Positions 60,931 to 64,000 of a stretch of 64,000 nt of DNA are shown here, in pieces. This DNA comes from Enoplolaimus lenunculus (taxonomy: Eukaryota). Position 1 is the first letter of the stretch; each line of letters begins with the position of its first letter. Under the pieces are notes generated by a model. The model saw only the letters and a program-made list of their open reading frames with translations. It did no database searches and was not told the DNA's origin. The translations under genes were made by a program, and so were the position numbers. The DNA lies in assembly GCA_030248215.1 (NCBI GenBank), contig JASANG010000245.1, positions 310,001-374,000 on the forward strand, given 5' to 3'.

Positions 60931-62524
60931 ATATGTATATATGTATATATGCACGTATATATATATATATATGTATATATATCATATATATTTTGTTGTG
61001 TATAGTCACCACTTTGGTATTGGACGTGTACTTACGTACGTTTAAAGAGTTCAATGAGGGACATTGTAGTAAATGTTTTAGTTGTGTGTTGAGTGCTGCG
61101 ATTTGATTTTATAAAATGGACTTTCTACTACTGTAACGTATATTTAATAGGTACAGCGTTGGAGCAATGTGACATTTTCAATCAAAGAGTGAAAATTTGT
61201 TCAAAGTTAAACTCTTAAACACCCATTCATTCTAAAATACCTTCTCTCAAGTTGTCTATTGTAGCTCAGCAGTGGCTGTTTTAGTCGAGTTTTGTCAACG
61301 ATGAGTGTATGTTTATATATGTTTGTAAAGATGCGCAGCGCGTTTATATATATATATTAAATATCATATATATGTATGTATATATAATATATACTAAATA
61401 AAATGTTGCATTTTTGTAACATGAATGTATATATGCTGTAGAGATGTTCCGGGACCGGGACCATACGACGGTACCATTGATGGGACCAGAAAAACAATGT
61501 CCCATGGAACAATTGTAGCCCGAATCCGAACGCACCACAGTAAGCTTTATTACATTAGCATAGGCAAAATGTCGCGTGACGCGATATGGCAAATAGCAAT
61601 TGCAGTAACACTAAACTTTACAACATGGGAGTATCAGCAAAATGTCGCGTGACGCGATAGGATGAAAACGGTATCGTAGTCCCAGGTAAATGCTTACGTA
61701 CGCAAAAGATACATAAAATGTGAAGTTTAGTGTATTTTGCTGGCCCCGGACTCGGGTAAAATCCTGGCCCCGGGGACATCTGTAATATGCTATTAAGTAG
61801 TGTGCGTTCATTATAGCTAACTTTACTTTAGCGTCGGCTGACTGGGGAAGCGACGGTCGCCGTATGGTAGGGTAACTCCTGAGGCTTACCCTTACCTCAG
61901 GTAGCCAATTTTCAGCCGTTTTAGGCCCAGGTAAAATTTTTGCTTGAAATATCGACACTGTTGGAATATAATGAAATATTATTTTTATAGAAGTTATATC
62001 ATTCAATGTGGGTTTATTTACCAGTTTGCAGCAATTTTTTGTATTTTTAGCAACCGAAATGCCATAATGAAGAAGAAGTTTAAATGATTTATTTGGCATC
62101 ACTTTACAGAAGGGGCATATACTTCAAACGAAGGGATAGCGTGGATATATAACTCCGGAAATTGATGAATAAACGAAATCAAAGCACTGTTAACAGTGTT
62201 ATGAATGAGTATCGGAATCCTTGAGGTTACATAAGGTTATACTTTGCCGAGCCAAAATCTGTGGCTACGGCTGTGATTTACAGGATTGTTGTTAAAATTA
62301 GCACATTTATCAAATTGTACGCAACGACATTCATTTTGTTTAATTTGCGCTGCTTCAGCAAAATTGTTGCATTCCGGCTGGTTTTGAGGTTCGGGCTGTG
62401 AAGCCTGATTACCGGTGGGTGACATATTCGAGTTGAAGTTGCCAGTTTTTGTTTAATCGGGATGTCAGTCTAGATTGCAACCGGGACTTTAGACCTTTCA
62501 AAACTAAACAGCTTGAAATCGGCG

Positions 62525-62596
62525 GGTTACGGGTGGTTTCGAACTGACGACGTTTTGGTTGTTAAGCAGACGCTGTTATCACTGCGCCACGCAACC
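62525..62596 (-). pseudogene. tRNA-Val(AAC)-like pseudogene or SINE head
   Basis: 72 nt with paired acceptor stem GGTTGCG/CGTAACC, A box TGGCGCAGTGA, loop TTAACAA and GTTCGAAAC; anticodon and T stems are mismatched. Confidence 0.6.
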
Positions 62597-64000
62597 ATGA
62601 GCACCATTTTGAAGCTGTCTAGCTTAGCTTTAGTATATATGGCTCTTTATGTTGCCAGCCGAAATAACAGATTAATTTGTTGGATGACCATAGTTGATAT
62701 TTTGAAAATTGTTAGCTGTTTTTCCTACGCTTATTTGTTACCTGGGCTGTGTTTTAGAATATCAACGCAATGCCAGCCGCATAACTTTTGAACGTTAATA
62801 TATATTTCGTGCCCGACCTCAGTTTTGAGGTTTGTGACCTGAAACAGAAATTTTTCATTAGTATAACAAATTTGTTTAAAATGTTTATTGTTTAAAACTG
62901 AAAAAAAACGTATTGCCAAACATTGTTGGATTCGACTTTTTCACAAGCGAATGCGAACTGCAAGATTTTGCCGAATCCGAATCCCAGTCCGAACCTTTGT
63001 TGCCACCCTGATATATTCACGCTAGAATTGTTTGGTTAAATTTAGTGATTGCACCCACACATTAGAATATTTTCAGCTTCCACCTACACTAGAGACGGTC
63101 GTTTAAATCTGGTTAAAATTTGAAATTTTGCGGTAAAGTAGAATAGCAGTGGCGTATATATCTGAAAGCTGACCAGATAACAAATAAGTTTAGTAGCAGA
63201 TTGGAAGTTTCTGGTTCGTTTAATTTGAACGTGAAACAATTATTGCTGGTTTTTAATACGGAACGACGTTTATAATTTTAATTGATGTTTGGCATCAAAT
63301 TAATTTGTCGCATATACGAAGTGTTGAAGCAAATTTAAAACTGAAGTGAAATATTTGATTTGGGGGCGGCGGTTATTTCAGTGCTATTTCGGCAATGACC
63401 TGATTCAGGTTTGGTGTAACGCTCGCTGTCAGCGGTATTTGACCTATAAACAAGCGGTGATGAAGATTTTTATATTTAAGGCTAAAAATTAGCAATTAAT
63501 ATTCCATGTGAATGTTGACAACTGAGCGGTCTAAGTAGATTGTTTTTGTTCGCGGTTGACAGATACAGGTACTATACGTACGTATATAGCAGCCAGGCAC
63601 GTCACAAGTCACTTTGTCATAAGCCGATAACTGCGATAGTCACTCTCGAGTTTGACTCTGTACGCGTGCATTTTGAATTAGCAGGAAGTTCCGTTGGAGA
63701 ATGCGGTGGCGGTTGTTTGAGGTTTGCGTGGTTGAAGAAACTTTTGTGGGTACCCACGAGCGTAGACGGTGTATTCAGCGACTATAGCCACGAATTTGTT
63801 AGTATGAATTGGATAGTAGAGATGGTGAGAAGATTTGTGGTGGGGGGGGGGTAAGGACAATTATTTAAATATGCTCAAATTATTTTAATGTTGTGCCGAA
63901 ACGGTTTCGCCAAGGGGGGCGAAAATGTCAGTAGAGGAGCGACCCCCGCGCGTAGGTGCGGTCGAAAGTGTTCTGAATGATTGAGCTTATAAATTGAGGT

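Noticed and set aside
61611..62102. 163-aa minus-strand ORF
   Set aside because: No recognisable motif, non-ATG start, composition like intergenic/repeat DNA.
63685..63797. Possible exon GSSVGECGGGCLRFAWLKKLLW... near the window end
   Set aside because: Plausible splice sites, but no partner exons or homology visible within the window.

Overview
AT-rich, intron-containing animal genomic DNA. It is probably a nematode; this is an inference from TTTCAG/TTTTAG acceptors, abundant TTAGGC repeats and a SPE-9-like gene. Hand splicing gives five coding units: (1) a possible 3' end of an upstream gene (1-575, +); (2) a complete 6-exon class IV (SIRT6/7-like) sirtuin (1644-5772, +); (3) a short minus-strand ORF encoding only a PKG-Ibeta-type leucine zipper plus a low-complexity tail (15678-16013); (4) a single-pass membrane protein with 10 EGF repeats and SPE-9-like architecture (~27280-39242, +, 5' end unresolved); (5) an 18-exon RBM33-like gene (54647-40549, -, ~1769 aa). 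A 3.5-kb tandem duplication (5200-8687 / 9862-13339) copies the last sirtuin exon, and the two copies are joined by a one-ended, internally deleted piggyBac. Non-coding DNA is packed with MITEs: a piggyBac-type MITE carrying a tRNA-Gly-derived Pol III cassette, a GGCC-TIR/8-bp-TSD family carrying TTAGGC telomere-like repeats, CACTG palindromes and hAT-like CAGGG elements. No prokaryotic-type systems (CRISPR etc.) were seen. All homology calls rest on recalled motifs, not on searches.
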